Shown here: positions 41,916 to 54,836 of the stretch, piece by piece
Numbering within the stretch: position 1 is the first letter of the stretch
Layout of the letters: the number at the start of each line of letters is the position of its first letter
Source of the DNA: Zygnema circumcarinatum SAG 698-1b
Taxonomy: Eukaryota; Plantae; Zygnematophyceae
DNA length: 64,000 nt
Assembly (NCBI GenBank): GCA_037447605.1
Contig: CM074804.1
Location: 6,115,909 to 6,179,908, forward strand
Direction: 5' to 3'
The notes under the pieces: model-generated
Told to the model about the DNA's origin: nothing
Database searches by the model: none
The model's input: the letters and a program-made list of their open reading frames with translations, nothing else
Translations under genes and position numbers: made by a program

Positions 41916-44013
41916 GGCGGCCGAGCGGGGGCCAGAGAGGCCCCCACCTGCAGGAGCGCACTAGACCCGAAATGAGCGCAGAGCGAGCCCTTCCAGCTGC
42001 AATGCACTGCCCTGCCCTGCACCTGGCACTGCATCACAATGTCGGACCATTGGACCAACCGTTCGAATGTTTGCCAACCATTGGATGCCAATGTTGCCAG
42101 CCATTGGAATGCCAACCATTGGAATGGTCCGGAACCATTAGCGGGTTCAAAATTGGGTCGCATGTGCATTTTGGTGGGTTGCGAATGCTTCTGCTGATCA
42201 GTTTTTTGAACTGACCTTTCTGAAATGCAGCAACATGACTCTGGCAGGTCCGGGTTGCTCATCAGTGGGAGAAGGAGCCCTTGCGGATATCGGACCACTT
42301 TTCCCCAACAGGTCAGCCAATGGCCTCGTGAGGAATGCGCGTGGGATCGCGGTGAGCTGCGGCGTCATGACTAGATGACTAGGAGCATAGAAATCGTCTT
42401 GATTAGTTTCAATAATCTGCTTAAGTTGAATCGTGAGTGGTAAACGCACTGTTCCTGAAGCATGTCCATTGAATATGGCTGTGGCTAGAGTTATTGATCG
42501 GATGATGTTGCCCTATGATGATGCTGCACAATTAAATGTGATTTTCTTGGAATCCCCGACTTCTGTTTGCTTCTCCAAATCAAACAAAAATAATAAAAAA
42601 CTTTTTTACCCCTTTACAAAGTGACCTCTCTTCACAACACAGGCAAATGCGTAGTCAACTCACTAATACTACGTAGAAATCTAATAACTGCGTTGTTGCT
42701 GTACACACGCTGCAGCCATTGATTCTCGCACGTTTCTTAAAAAATGGCTGCTGAAGAAACCTCATTACCAGGGCAGTGATTTCTACGTCGCTGGTGAATT
42801 TTATGGTCGTAAGTCAACTCTTTTCGAAAGTCAGTCAGACACAAGCACTACTTGATCGCCTTATTGCACAGTAAATGCTGACCCGGTGTCCGGCAAAGTC
42901 TGCAGACCATGGACACCGTGTGGAGAAGGAGAAATGAATTAGAACATTATTGCAAAGCAGATAAACCCTGCAAACATTGGTGACAACAATCTCCCTGCAT
43001 TTTTTATCGTAGAGTATACTGACTCTGCTGCGTTCGGTCATTTGAAAAGGTCATTACGTGCCGCGTAATAGTCGTCCGGTCGCTTGTGTCTGCCTCCGCG
43101 GCATTCAGCGATCCTAAACATCGGAGAATGAGACAGGAACGGCCTCACATTGCTTGGAAGCAAAACCATGGCGCATTTGAAGGTTTCTGGAACAGTGAGA
43201 CCTTCTTCCAGAAATAGTAATGGGTCTGGCATTGCTATCAGAATGGCGATGGAACACATGTGACTCAGACATAAAACCTTCTGCCTTCGAACCTTTATGG
43301 CTTCGATTTTAAATTGCCAGAATCCTTTGTTTCATTTCTACAATAGAGCTGTCTATGCCCTCCCTAGCAGAGTGGGCGTGGAAGCATCTTTCATGTGCTT
43401 AGGTTCGTGTATGCGAGCCATAGCAGTCTGCGGCCGTTCGTCACTCGTCAATGTCAGCAGGCAGTCAACGCAATGGAGTAGCAAACGAGCGAGCGAGGTC
43501 AAGTTTACACGCTGCAGATACGGGTACGGATCAGACAACAATAAAACAGTAAAACTGAATCTCACATAAAAGTGGGGAGCATGACTGGCCACATTTGTAT
43601 TCCCCTTGTCATACATAAGTAGTCACAACAAGTACATGGTCAGCGTGAGAGCGTTGTTTGATTCAACCAAGTGGAAGCGCATAGGAGAGGCTTCTGATTT
43701 GCCGCCACATTCTAATTCACATTAAAAAACCCTATCTAGTACTACAGCCCAATCCCGGCCTTGCCACATCACGTAACCACACAGCCCTACCCGTCCGTGC
43801 CCATGCTGTGAGGTACGCAGTTTCTCATCAAACTTGAATTAGAGGATCTTGCATCTTGCGCAGATATTGAGAACATAGGATGGCCATATGGGCAGGTTCA
43901 ACCTCCCGCTCCGGCTCACTCAACACAAAACCCCAAACATGCACAATGTACAGTCTCCCCTTTGCACTTGCCCGCCTGCAGAAGTCAGTTTATCGCTCAT
44001 CGTCTGCTCTTTA

Positions 44014-47000
44014 TTATGAGACGGTCCGACCGTAACTGACGGCAGCAATGTAGAGATTCTTCGCCCACTTCTCCTGCGTAATCATCAACTCCCAAAATGT
44101 GGGTCAGGTCTCACTATCTGTCAGGTCAATTTCAGAAAATGCATAGAAGTTCAGTCTCATCGACTCCATCATCACATTAAGGGGGTGGTGCAGACCTTAA
44201 CATGAGTGCTCGGGAAAGCCGATGTGCGTAAGGTCTCTTGAGTCTCGTCAGCCGGGCGCCGTCGAGGCACACTCAATACAAAAGCCGCCTGATCCCACGT
44301 GGCAGCAGTGGAAGTAATGCGGTACCCAGTGTCCCAGCGGCGGTGAATGCCCTCGCTAGGGTACAAAAAGTCCAACTCCACAACCTGCACGACACAACGA
44401 AAGTAATCGAGGCATGTGACTCTTGTCTCCAAGGATACACTCCAGCATCCTGGCTCACTAGAAACTAAACATTCTCATAGAAATACTGGAGAGAGAAGCT
44501 GAATATCCAATGAAAAATCTCATAGATCATGCAAACCAGATGCTGTGACTTTGGATTTGAAAATCTCAGCGACCTTCCTTTCCAATCAGCATAAGCCTTA
44601 AAAAAAAAAAATGGGGATTACGGTACAAGCAGCAACAGCAGCAGTGTAGAAGTTGAGATTAATACTACTCACAACGAGCTCAGTCCAGCCTCACCTGATC
44701 TGTAAATCCAGCATTGCGTGACATGACCACCCCCCAGCGACTGCCAGCAGTTGCCATGGATGTCACATAGAACCCTTCTCGCCATTTTTTGTTGATCCAC
44801 TTGAATGGAAAGGAATCACTCACTTTGTACGATTGTTGAGTATAAGATGTTCCTGTAACGGACTCCCTCCAAACGACCAGTTAGACCTTTCTAACAGAAC
44901 CGCCCAAACCCCCAACACCTTTCCCACTTTCCAGATACTGGCAAATTGAAGTAGGCAAGTTTCTCTGTAAAATCTTACCCTTTGACATTACAACCAGCGA
45001 GTTCCCATTACTAGCACCTGCAATCGCACTGATATAGTAATTCTTCTCCCATTGTTCCATGATCCATTCCTGTAAAACAAGTGCCACAATCGTCCCGTAT
45101 TTGAGCGTCTTGGTAAATCGCTCGGCAGTTGTCCAAATTGTGATTAGTGACTCAAGCAGACGTCATCAAAATCATCAAAACAAAACCTTGACGCAATATC
45201 CACAGCAGCCAAACTTCAGGCAGTCAAGGATTCCGACACCGACCTTCGGGAGGAAAACGTGGGATAATTCATAGACTTGTGCAGTGAATGAGGTCCCAGC
45301 GTCCATAATAAGTGCCCACAGGTTTTGGCAAGAAGCAACACTGCTGATATACAGCCCATCCTCGTTGCCTTTCTCCACGTGCTGTGCAAGTCGTGAGTCC
45401 GCCACATTGTAATGATATCTGCGACATAAACATACCCGAAGGTCAGTGTCATCAAGCCTCCCTGGAGATGATGCTGAATAGAGTACAAAACGTTGCAGCA
45501 GCTGAATGAATTACAAGGGGTCTAACTGAACTAGCAAGTGTAGTTCATGGGGCCACTAGCAGCCCACAAACAGATTTTCTTGGCCCCCCATCTCATAAAA
45601 GCTGCTGATAATATTAGGCTTGGAAGTTGAACGACAGGCCGGCATGATTTCCAGGCATCACAGGCAATATAAAAATCTCACCTCTGCTTCATTGGTCTAC
45701 GAGCATTGTATACTGTTATCCACTGAGTAGCGGGCATGCCCAAACGAATCTTTTTCTTTGGTTGATCATCCTCGGCATCTTCGTCCGGTGCTATGGCCCG
45801 CCCGCGTTTCTGACCCACCTGTAGACAAGCAACCACGTCTGGAATCATTAAATGCACCTTGGTGAACAGATTGGCGACCTAATGGTCAAACAAGCGAGCG
45901 TAAGAACAACTAAGCTACTACAACAGGGAACCTTGACCCTCCAAATAACATGACGGAAACAGGCACCCAACAATGATGATCTGCTTCTTATGTACCATTG
46001 TTGAACCCCAATAGAAGTACTCCCGAACAGCTCATACCTTAGCAGCGCCATCGGTGTTTATGGGCCTAGCAGCAGGGTTAGGGCCAAGCACTCCATCGAA
46101 GAGCGAGATCAGCTTTGCATAATTAGGTTCCTCGTCGAACTTCAGATTGACAACATACTCTAGAAACTGCTTAAAAGGTGCCGGACAGAAGCAGCACAAC
46201 ATCTCTGGGGACGTTGCCATTTTCTTTTTGCAGACCAAAAATCCCTTGTTGTCACCCTGCACCAACCCCCGCCCTCGATGTCAGTGTGACGACACAACTA
46301 CCCTAGAAGGTAAAGAAGTACACAAGAAGGGAAGGATGGAAAGATAGACAGGGAGTGACAGCGAGAGAGAGAGAGAGATTTCTGTTGATTCTGTTCCCAT
46401 ATTGTCCTGCACACCTTCAAATGATACAAAAGCTCCACATGTCATGAGAGCAGGCCGGCACCTGGTAGCCCTGCCAGGGCAGGCGGCCGCGCAGGAGGAA
46501 AACGAGCGTGTACGCGAGGGACTCCAGGTCGTCGCGGCGGCTGCCGGTCCGCCCAAGGTGGGCGTGCACACTGGCGTACCGCACAGTCCCTCTGCGGGCC
46601 AAGGGGGGTGGGGGGGGGGGGAGCACAGGCATCAGCCGCAATAGGTAAAGCGTCTTCAAAAAGGACTGAATGACCTGAAGGATGCAGATGATTAAAACCA
46701 AACAGATCGGACTCACTCATCAACGATAACTTTTGGTAGCCAAACCAAAGAGACGAACAGAAAAAAATGTAGAGAAAAAAGGAAGAAACACAATTGAAGC
46801 AATACCTGAAAATATCTGGCCTCTGATCATACTCCACGTGCTGCCCTGTGCTTGCATCCTTCCATCTAGTCGCTGCATCATCCAACGAAGCAAGTGTTAG
46901 AAGCTATACGAACCTTCATTGAGACAACCAGCTGCAGAAAACAGTATCTACGGTGTTCCAAGCTGACTGCTCTCCATTGGTGCCTCACGCATGAACTGGA

Positions 47001-50000
47001 TATAACTCAGCCCCAAGCGTCTTTGTTTGCTACTAATGCATGCATTCATCGTTTATCTTCTTCGTTAAATTCATGTTTTTTCCCTTGGATCACAAACATA
47101 GAATTTAACGAGACATTGAAAGCATGGGCTGGCAGCAACTTTGAGCATCTCTGACTGGAAGAAATGAAGAGGGACTGGACCTGTGATGTCACCGATCTTA
47201 AACAAGGACACAACTAGCATCAATCTCACATCACATCGGACATCATTCGTTCTTATGGTCAATTTACTTCACTTTAAATCGTCAAGGCCTCAAAGAACGG
47301 TTCTCTTCCTCACCAAGACCGAGGTCCACAAGATAGAGCTTCTTTTCGTCAGAGGTTGCCGGCTGACCCAGCAAAAAGTTTTCTGGCTTCACATCTCCAT
47401 GCACATATCTGCAATTACGAGTAAGTGTTAGTTCTGCCTCCACAGACTCCAGGTTTCCTGAGCCAAACTAATGTCATCGACTGACTCATTGCGATCAGAT
47501 GGCCGCTTACTCGTGAATTAAGGAGCGCCATGCTGGCCTTCAACAAGGTAACAAGCAAAGTCTAGACAGCAATGCAAGACGTGCACCGCTATGCGACGAG
47601 AGCTAAACGTCTTCAGAAGAACAATTCAACATAGCTGTAAGCACTCACCCTCGTTGATGCATTTTCTCCAAAATGGATAGTGCTTCAACCGCGATGCAAG
47701 CCACCATCTCCGTTGACATTCTGAAACAAAAGATGCCCGGCAAAGAAGTCAGCACACCTGACCAGAAGTCAGTCTCACCCATAGACTTTGAGATGCTATT
47801 GAAGCACTCAGAGAAAAGCAGCAGCAATGACTTGCAGGGATTTGAGGGGGAATTCCCTGAGGATGCTAGAGCGAACGCCAAATGCATTCCCCGAGAAGCT
47901 GATCGTACTTAGATAAAATGTGTTTTGTAAGGGAGTCTCAAACAAAAGATGATCACTTTTTTTCTCAGCATAGGAAACAGAATCCCTTACGCTTGATTGG
48001 AATTGTTCCACACATCCCAAAGGCTCGGTCCAAGCATGTCCATAACCTGCACAACAGGGAATAAAAAAACACGGAAACAGAAATCAACCGGAAATGTTTA
48101 CTCACTCAGACAAACATAAAAAAAAATGCCTTGGCTTCATAATACCCCAAGGAAGCCAACGGGAAACATAGGATTAGGGAAAGCCAGGTGACAATGCACA
48201 CCGTTGGGAGAAACAAAATGCTGCACACGATCTAGAACTGGCACCAGATTCTAGATTCCTTCCACGAAAAACATCCCTCGAAAGTATAGACCTGGCCTAA
48301 ATGTCCTTACTTCAGGTCCAAAATATACATGGATCACGTGCGGCCTACAGGGAATAACACACCTAGACACGTGGTAACCCATCAAAAGTCTATCGATATT
48401 CACATAAGTAAATCAAGTAGTTCAGTAGCTGAAATTATGACAAGATGGTTGGGAAAGCCACATTCCATCCGAGGCAAGCCATTCCCAACAATTCAGGCCA
48501 CCAAACTTCTGGGCCATCCAATACAGATGTGCAGCCATTTCCTCCAACGTGAGAATCCGCCTACAACGCTTCCGATGTTCATTGACCCATCTGTCCCATG
48601 TATCCACGGGGTGTTGGCTATGTACCATGACGTAATAATCCCCCTGACGTCCTTTATAATGTACACGGGGCACACCATGGCTGCCTCCAAGGGTACTGTC
48701 AGAAGCGAAACAACCATCCAAAAAAATGTGTCAGCGTAACTGCTGAAGAGCTTCCAAGATAAACATTTACAAGACAAAAAACTAATCAAGCCTACGAGCT
48801 TAACCCAGCTTTTCATCTGACTTCTGTCCCATTCAAGTTCCACCCACTAGTGATAGAAGATAAATCTCCGTCGATTTGCACCATCCTTCACACTACAATG
48901 AGTTACCATAATAAGGGTCACCGATATCATCGATTTCCATGCAACACCCCCAGAACCGGTCAGGGACGCAAAACGTACTTATATACTTGCCACTCATACG
49001 GTGGCCCATAATTGCACCCCTTGCTGCTCCTGTGCTCAAACTTTAGGGCCACCTGGAATGAGCAGAAGACAAGGTTTCAGACATGTATTCAATGCCTGGT
49101 CATACCTCATCCCTTTAAAATATCATATACGACTCAACTTCTAACTCACCCAATTGAAAATTCCAGCTTTGCGAAACAGCCTTACACAACGTAAGTATGC
49201 GTTCAAAGCATTTCATTACCAACGATAGACACGATTGATATAAATCACACCTCTTCTCCTTCTAGACTGAAAGGTACAAGTGCATTACGACATGATACAG
49301 CGTGAATCTACAGAACATTTGTCCTACGCAGCTATTTAATCCCTCAAGAACCACCATCTGGATTACCTCCACTGCTTGCGGGCCCACTCGTTCTGCTCCA
49401 CCCGTCACACGCCGTCCCACATAAACTTGCCCAAATCCTCCCTTACCCAGTTTTCTCTCAATCTTGTATACTGGAGATCCCCCAACTTGCACCTGCAAAA
49501 TGCAGACACAGATAGAAAGAGCAGGTAAATTTCAGAGACTACAATAGCTCAAGTACATGCAGTCCCTGAATTCTTGGGGGTTCATCATGCTACTGGATCC
49601 CACGGCGAGCATCTAGAAACAGAACGAGCCCGTAAGTTGCATGGAGGCCTCTAGAGGACCAAGCCCCACAGAAGGGGAGGCATTACAACAGAACTCACCC
49701 TCTCAGGGAGAGGTGCTGTGCTCCCCTCATCTTCCGCAACTGCTTTGTCTGCACTTCTCCCTCTCTCGCTCTCTTCCTCCATCCCTTCCTTCACAGGAAG
49801 ATCTTGATCACCAACACCTTCCCCTTCCGCAGCCTCTTTCCCTTCCGATAATTTCTGCTCTCCGCTCCCCTGTTTTTCCTCTTGCTTGTCGAGCTCAACT
49901 CCACCTACAAGGTGGTCTCCTTGTCCTCTATGTTCTTGAAGACTCTCCTCCTTCACAGCTCCCACAGACAATGGCTTTACCTCTGCCGATGGACCAACCG

Positions 50001-50424
50001 CACCCCTGCTTGCCGGCCTTTTCCTTCCAGCGGCTCCTCTACTTCCCTGCTTAGGTGGAACTACAGGCCTGCTAGATCTCCAATCAGTCTCTTTCGCACC
50101 CTCTAGAACTGCTTCCGCTCCTATTGCGGCTGCGGCAACATTTGCTGCTTCCTGAGCTGCTGCAGCACGAGTTCTAACTCTGTTCTCTCCCTCCCTTGTA
50201 AGGCCGCCCACTGACGGTAAGACAGCCCCCCCTTCTGGAAGAGAAGATTCGTTGTCGATCCCTGCAACCAACCCCCCACCTGCTGCCGCGCCCGCTCGCC
50301 TACGAAGAGAAGAAGGCCGACGAGATGGCGATGCCGGGTTGTCAGCAGACGGAACAGCTGGAGATGAACCAGTTAAACGCGCAGGTGGCCGTTTTGAGCG
50401 GACATTGCTACGCAATTCTGGCAT
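44014..50424 (-). CDS. MLK: Plant-specific casein kinase 1-like kinase of the MUT9-like/PPK/AEL (HD16/EL1) family
   Basis: N-terminus [47 protein letters not shown] and [25 protein letters not shown]. The C-terminal region has [40 protein letters not shown] and ...YGRTVS*. Confidence 0.95.
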
Positions 50425-50874
50425 CGTTTATCATCCATGCACATCCCGGCTGCTTCTGTTGGGTGGGCATTTACGCTTTCACAGAAATGCACGAATGAAG
50501 CAAGCCTGATAGGATATCGCGCAAGAGTACAGACCATAGTCGATTACTAGTCTGGTAATCAAGCGCCCATACGAGGCTGGGCGGTATTTTCCAAAAACAG
50601 ACACGCAGCTATGCCAATGTTTCTCCCCTCCTGAAGGGCATGCTCATGCAATCCTGCACAATCCCATCCCCCAGGACGAACGCATGGCAGCGAGAAGCCT
50701 CAAGCGCTGGTGCAACCCGAGGAGACGGCTGGCAAGAGCAACTCTAACGGCCTCGACTAGCTGCGGAGGCAGGCGCTGCTGCGGGCGGGGCGAGCGAGCG
50801 CGGACTGGAGGGAGGCACAGGCGAACCCTAGCCGTGGAAGAGAGGCGGAGGCAGAGGCCGCCGCTGCGTGATGT

Positions 50875-50979
50875 GATGGGATGGGATGGGATGGCATGGA
50901 ATGGGATGGGATGGCATGGATGAGATGGGATCGCACAGGATGGGATGTGCCGCGGCGCCGCCTGCCGATGGTGCGTGCT

Positions 50980-51010
<31 letters not shown>

Positions 51011-51254
51011 ATGGATGGATGGATGGATGGATGGATGGATGGATGGATGGATGGATGGATGGATGGATGGATGGATGGATGGATGGATGGATGGATGGAT
51101 GGATGGATGGATGGATGGATGGATGGATGGATGGATGGATGGATGGATGGATGGATGGATGGATGGATGGATGGATGGATGGATGGATGGATGGATGGAT
51201 GGATGGATGGATGGATGGATGGATGGATGGATGGATGGATGGATGGATGGATGG
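50875..51254. repeat. (GGAT)n microsatellite (50985-51254, ~67 perfect units) preceded by degenerate (GGGAT)n
   Basis: Visible directly. It produces the spurious IHPS/MDGW ORFs. Confidence 0.97.
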
Positions 51255-51695
51255 TGGCCTGATGATGATGCGGCAGTCCCCAACGGCCCTTCCTTGCCCG
51301 CCGGCAGAAAAATGTTTGGCCGATGGCCGGGCAACGGACGAGCACGAATTTAAACTGGCGGGGTGCCGTTGCGGGCAGGGAGGACCGGGAAGGAGGGGGG
51401 GAGGGGCCCGCCGGCCGCTCCTTCCCGCTGCGCCGCCAACCGCGGCGCCAACCCAACCGCCGCCCCGCGCGCGACGGGGGGGGGGAGGGGAGGGGGGGAA
51501 CGGCCGGCTGGCGGGCGACTGGCTCCATGTCGCCTCGCCAGTTCCGCGTTGCGTTGATCTCTGAGAGCCTATGAATCTGTTACCGTTGTGTTTCGGTGGT
51601 TCCAGTCGCGGGAGGGAGGGAGAGCGGGAGGGCGGGGCCGCTCGCACCGTACGGATTTATACTACAAACCGATGATGGTTTCGCAGCGTGCACAA

Positions 51696-52386
51696 CCCAT
51701 TTGACAATGCCACATCCTCCCCATTTGACAATGCCACATCCTCCCCGTTTGACAATGCCACATCCTCCCCATTTGACAATGCCACATCCTCCCCGTTTGA
51801 CAATGCCACATCCTCCCCGTTTGACAATGCCACAATGCCACATCCTCCCCGTTTGACAATGCCACATCCTCCCCGTTTGACAATGCCACATCCTCCCCGT
51901 TTGACAATGCCACATCCTCCCCGTTTGACAATGCCACATCCTCCCCGTTTGACAATGCCACATCCTCCTCCCCGTTTGACAATGCCACATCCTCCCCGTT
52001 TGACAATGCCACATCCTCCCCGTTTGACAATGCCACATCCTCCCCGTTTGACAATGCCACATCCTCCCCGTTTGACAATGCCACATCCTCCCCGTTTGAC
52101 AATGCCACATCCTCCCCGTTTGACAATGCCACATCCTCCCCGTTTGACAATGCCACATCCTCCCCGTTTGACAATGCCACATCCTCCCCGTTTGACAATG
52201 CCACATCCTCCCCGTTTGACAATGCCACATCCTCCCCGTTTGACAATGCCACATCCTCCCCGCCAATGCCACATCCTCCCCGTTTGACAATGCCACATCC
52301 TCCCCGTTTGACAATGCCACATCCTCCCCGTTTGACAATGCCACATCCTCCCCGTTTGACAATGCCACATCCTCCCCCATTTGACA
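51696..52386. repeat. 24-bp minisatellite TTTGACAATGCCACATCCTCCCCG, ~28 copies
   Basis: Visible tandem array with a few variant units. It produces 8-aa periodic spurious ORFs (GEDVALSN, MWHCQTGR). Confidence 0.97.
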
Positions 52387-52898
52387 CGCCTGTGTACAGT
52401 ACAACGACATAATGCCATGCATCCGAATTATCCGGCTATTAACTTGGAAAACCATCCTCGTCCTTTTTTCCATCGCGCCAACTAAAAGCTATCCCTTTTG
52501 TTGTTGGGCTACTTTAGTTGCATGATTTTGCAACTAATCGATTTTGCCCAACATCGGTGACCTTTGCGGCTGCGTTTAGGGCTGCGTTTTTGCGCTTAAG
52601 CTTAGTTTAGTTTAGTTTTTTGCTCCTTGTTTTTTATTTTGTGCTTAGTTCATTCGCGACCAGTTTCCTGTGGTTCCCCGTGTTCACTTCGTTCATGTTC
52701 ATTTGATGGCTCGCCATATTGAGATCAATGCAAATCCCCTTTTCTTTTGTCGCACAATGTTGGAAGTCAGTAGTGACATGGAGAACACGGGGGGGTGGAA
52801 TGTCCAAAAAAAGGGGAGGGGAGGGCAAGGGAGCGGAGGGGATGGGAGTGAAGGGGAAGGGGAGTGGGCGGGAGGGGAGGGCCGGGGAGGAAAGGGCA

Positions 52899-53322
52899 GG
52901 GGAGGGGAGGGGAGGGGAGGGGAGGGGAGGGGAGGGGAGGGGAGGGGAGGGGAGGGGAGGGGAGGGGAGGGGAGGGGAGGGGAGGGGAGGGGAGGGGAGG
53001 GGAGGGGAGGGGAGGGGAGGGGAGGGGAGGGGAGGGGAGGGGAGGGGAGGGGAGGGGAGGGGAGGGGAGGGGAGGGGAGGGGAGGGGAGGGGAGGGGAGG
53101 GGAGGGGAGGGGAGGGGAGGGGAGGGGAGGGGAGGGGAGGGGAGGGGAGGGGAGGGGAGGGGAGGGGAGGGGAGGGGAGGGGAGGGGAGGGGAGGGGAGG
53201 GGAGGGGAGGGGAGGGGAGGGGAGGGGAGGGGAGGGGAGGGGAGGGGAGGGGAGGGGAGGGGAGGGGAGGGGAGGGGAGGGCCGGGGAGGAAAGGGCAGG
53301 GGAGGGGAGGGGAGGGGAGGGG
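52899..53322. repeat. (GGAGG)n polypurine microsatellite, ~75-80 units
   Basis: Visible directly. It is bracketed by two copies of GCCGGGGAGGAAAGGGCAGG exactly 400 bp apart (52881 and 53281). Confidence 0.97.
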
Positions 53323-53375
53323 ACGGGATGAGCGGGAAAAAGAGTCCCTCCCGAAATATTCATAACAGGGGGCTG

Positions 53376-53700
53376 GAATGTCCAAAAAAAGGGGTGAAAT
53401 ATCCAAAACAGGGGGTGAAATATCCAAAACAGGGGGTGGAATATCCAAAACAGGGGGTGGGATAACCAAAATGGGCAGGCAAATTTTTTAAAAAGGGGGG
53501 GTGCGAAAGCCAAAATAGGGGGGTGCGAAAGCCAAAATAGGGGGGTGCAGTAGCAGTTTCCTTGAACTTGTGCTACTGTACACTGTACGGAGTTTGAACT
53601 TGTCGTACGATTTAGCTTGAACTTGTGCCACTGTGCGGAGTTTGAACTTGTCGTACGATTCCCCTTGAAATGAACTTGTGGTACAGTACCGTACTAGTAT
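53376..53700. repeat. Cluster of short tandem repeats (21-bp AATATCCAAAACAGGGGGTG[A/G] x3-4; 22-bp GGGGGTGCGAAAGCCAAAATAG x2; TGAACTTGT x5); second copy at 55498-55822
   Basis: Units are visible directly. The arrangement resembles transposon subterminal repeats, but no TIR pair was found. Confidence 0.75.
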
Positions 53701-54423
53701 ACAGTAGGAACGGTCGACTTTACGAAAATGTGGAAGTCAGGCACTTTTTCAAATGTGAGCCGTGCAAGATCGACTGAACGGAACGACGCGGGACTGAAGC
53801 AACGGGACCGAACGGGACGGAACGGGACTGAACGACACAGAACGGGACTGAACTGTACGGCTATGTAGTCAGCCGCAGAAATCTGAGCAAAAAATAACCA
53901 GAAAGTACCGCCAATCATGACGCATAAATTTCAAACACGAGGGGCCAACGTCACTCTTCGGTCAGCTCCAACATTTTTGCTGACTGAAAAAAATCCCAGA
54001 TTCAAAAACTTTTTTCCTGCCCGGCGGACTCGCCTCCGGTGTCCGGTCCGGTCCGCTGCTGCTCGAGGTTCTCGGTGTAGTCCAGGACTGCAAATTGTTT
54101 CCGGCTTCTTCCCGGCCCGTGTCACGGCCACGGCAACGGCCACGGGGGCAACTGGCAGGTCCGCAATTCAAACTCGAACTGGGGCGCCTCCAGTCCCAAC
54201 GGCTCCCTCCCCTCCCCCGCGGTGCTTGCCCTCGCCTTCCCTGCTCCTCAACAGCCTGCTGCTGCTATACTGTGCTGTACTTTGGAAATCTCTCTGCAGT
54301 CTCTTAGGATCTTGCAGCCCTGAACCTCTGCACTGTTGCTTTCAGCGCAGGCTGTTGCAGAAGTGGACGCCTGATTTGTGTTCTCTTGACAGTTTAGCTT
54401 GCTTTCTCATCGGGGTGGGCAAG

Positions 54424-54836
54424 ATGAGCAGGCAGCAGCTTGGGCGACTGCCACGAGGCTCTCGATGGACTGCATTAGACGGAGATGTGAGTCACTGAAG
54501 ACAGCTACTGGAGAATCTGATCGAGTATTCAGAAAAAGAAAACACAAAGATTTCCACGAGTTGTTTTTTCTGGTTTCTTCCACTCACAGTGGCACTCTGA
54601 AAAACGTATCTCGCTGCAATTTCACTAAGGCATTTTTTTTTCCCTTGGTTTGTGGCCACGTCCTTACAGAACAAGGAAAACTTCGTTTTTTCATCCGTTA
54701 ACGGTGCAAAGAAGAGGCGGGTAAGAGAGCCTGAAACTGAACAAGTAATGGAGACTAACCGATTCCCCTTACGGAATGCTTTAATGAAAGCAAGTGATAA
54801 CCGGATGGACAACAGTGCCTTTCCAGCTAATGGAAG
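54424..54836 (+). other. Truncated duplicate of kinesin-14 exon 1 and part of exon 2, ending at the N-gap
   Basis: Appears identical to 56546-56958 by eye. Probably not a real separate locus. Confidence 0.75.

Noticed and set aside
42043-42140. ER stress element (CCAAT-N9/10-CCACG) upstream of TEX261
   Set aside because: CCAAT boxes are present but no correctly spaced CCACG follows.
51696-52386. 24-bp repeats as a CRISPR array
   Set aside because: The units are contiguous with no unique spacers, the context is eukaryotic, and there are no cas genes.
50644-53513. Long ORFs of 200-300 aa (IHPS, MDGW, GEDVALSN, PSPPL, GRGGE repeats) resembling extensins or repeat proteins
   Set aside because: They are open in several frames on both strands because the underlying micro- and minisatellites contain no stop codons. 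There is no signal peptide or splice context.
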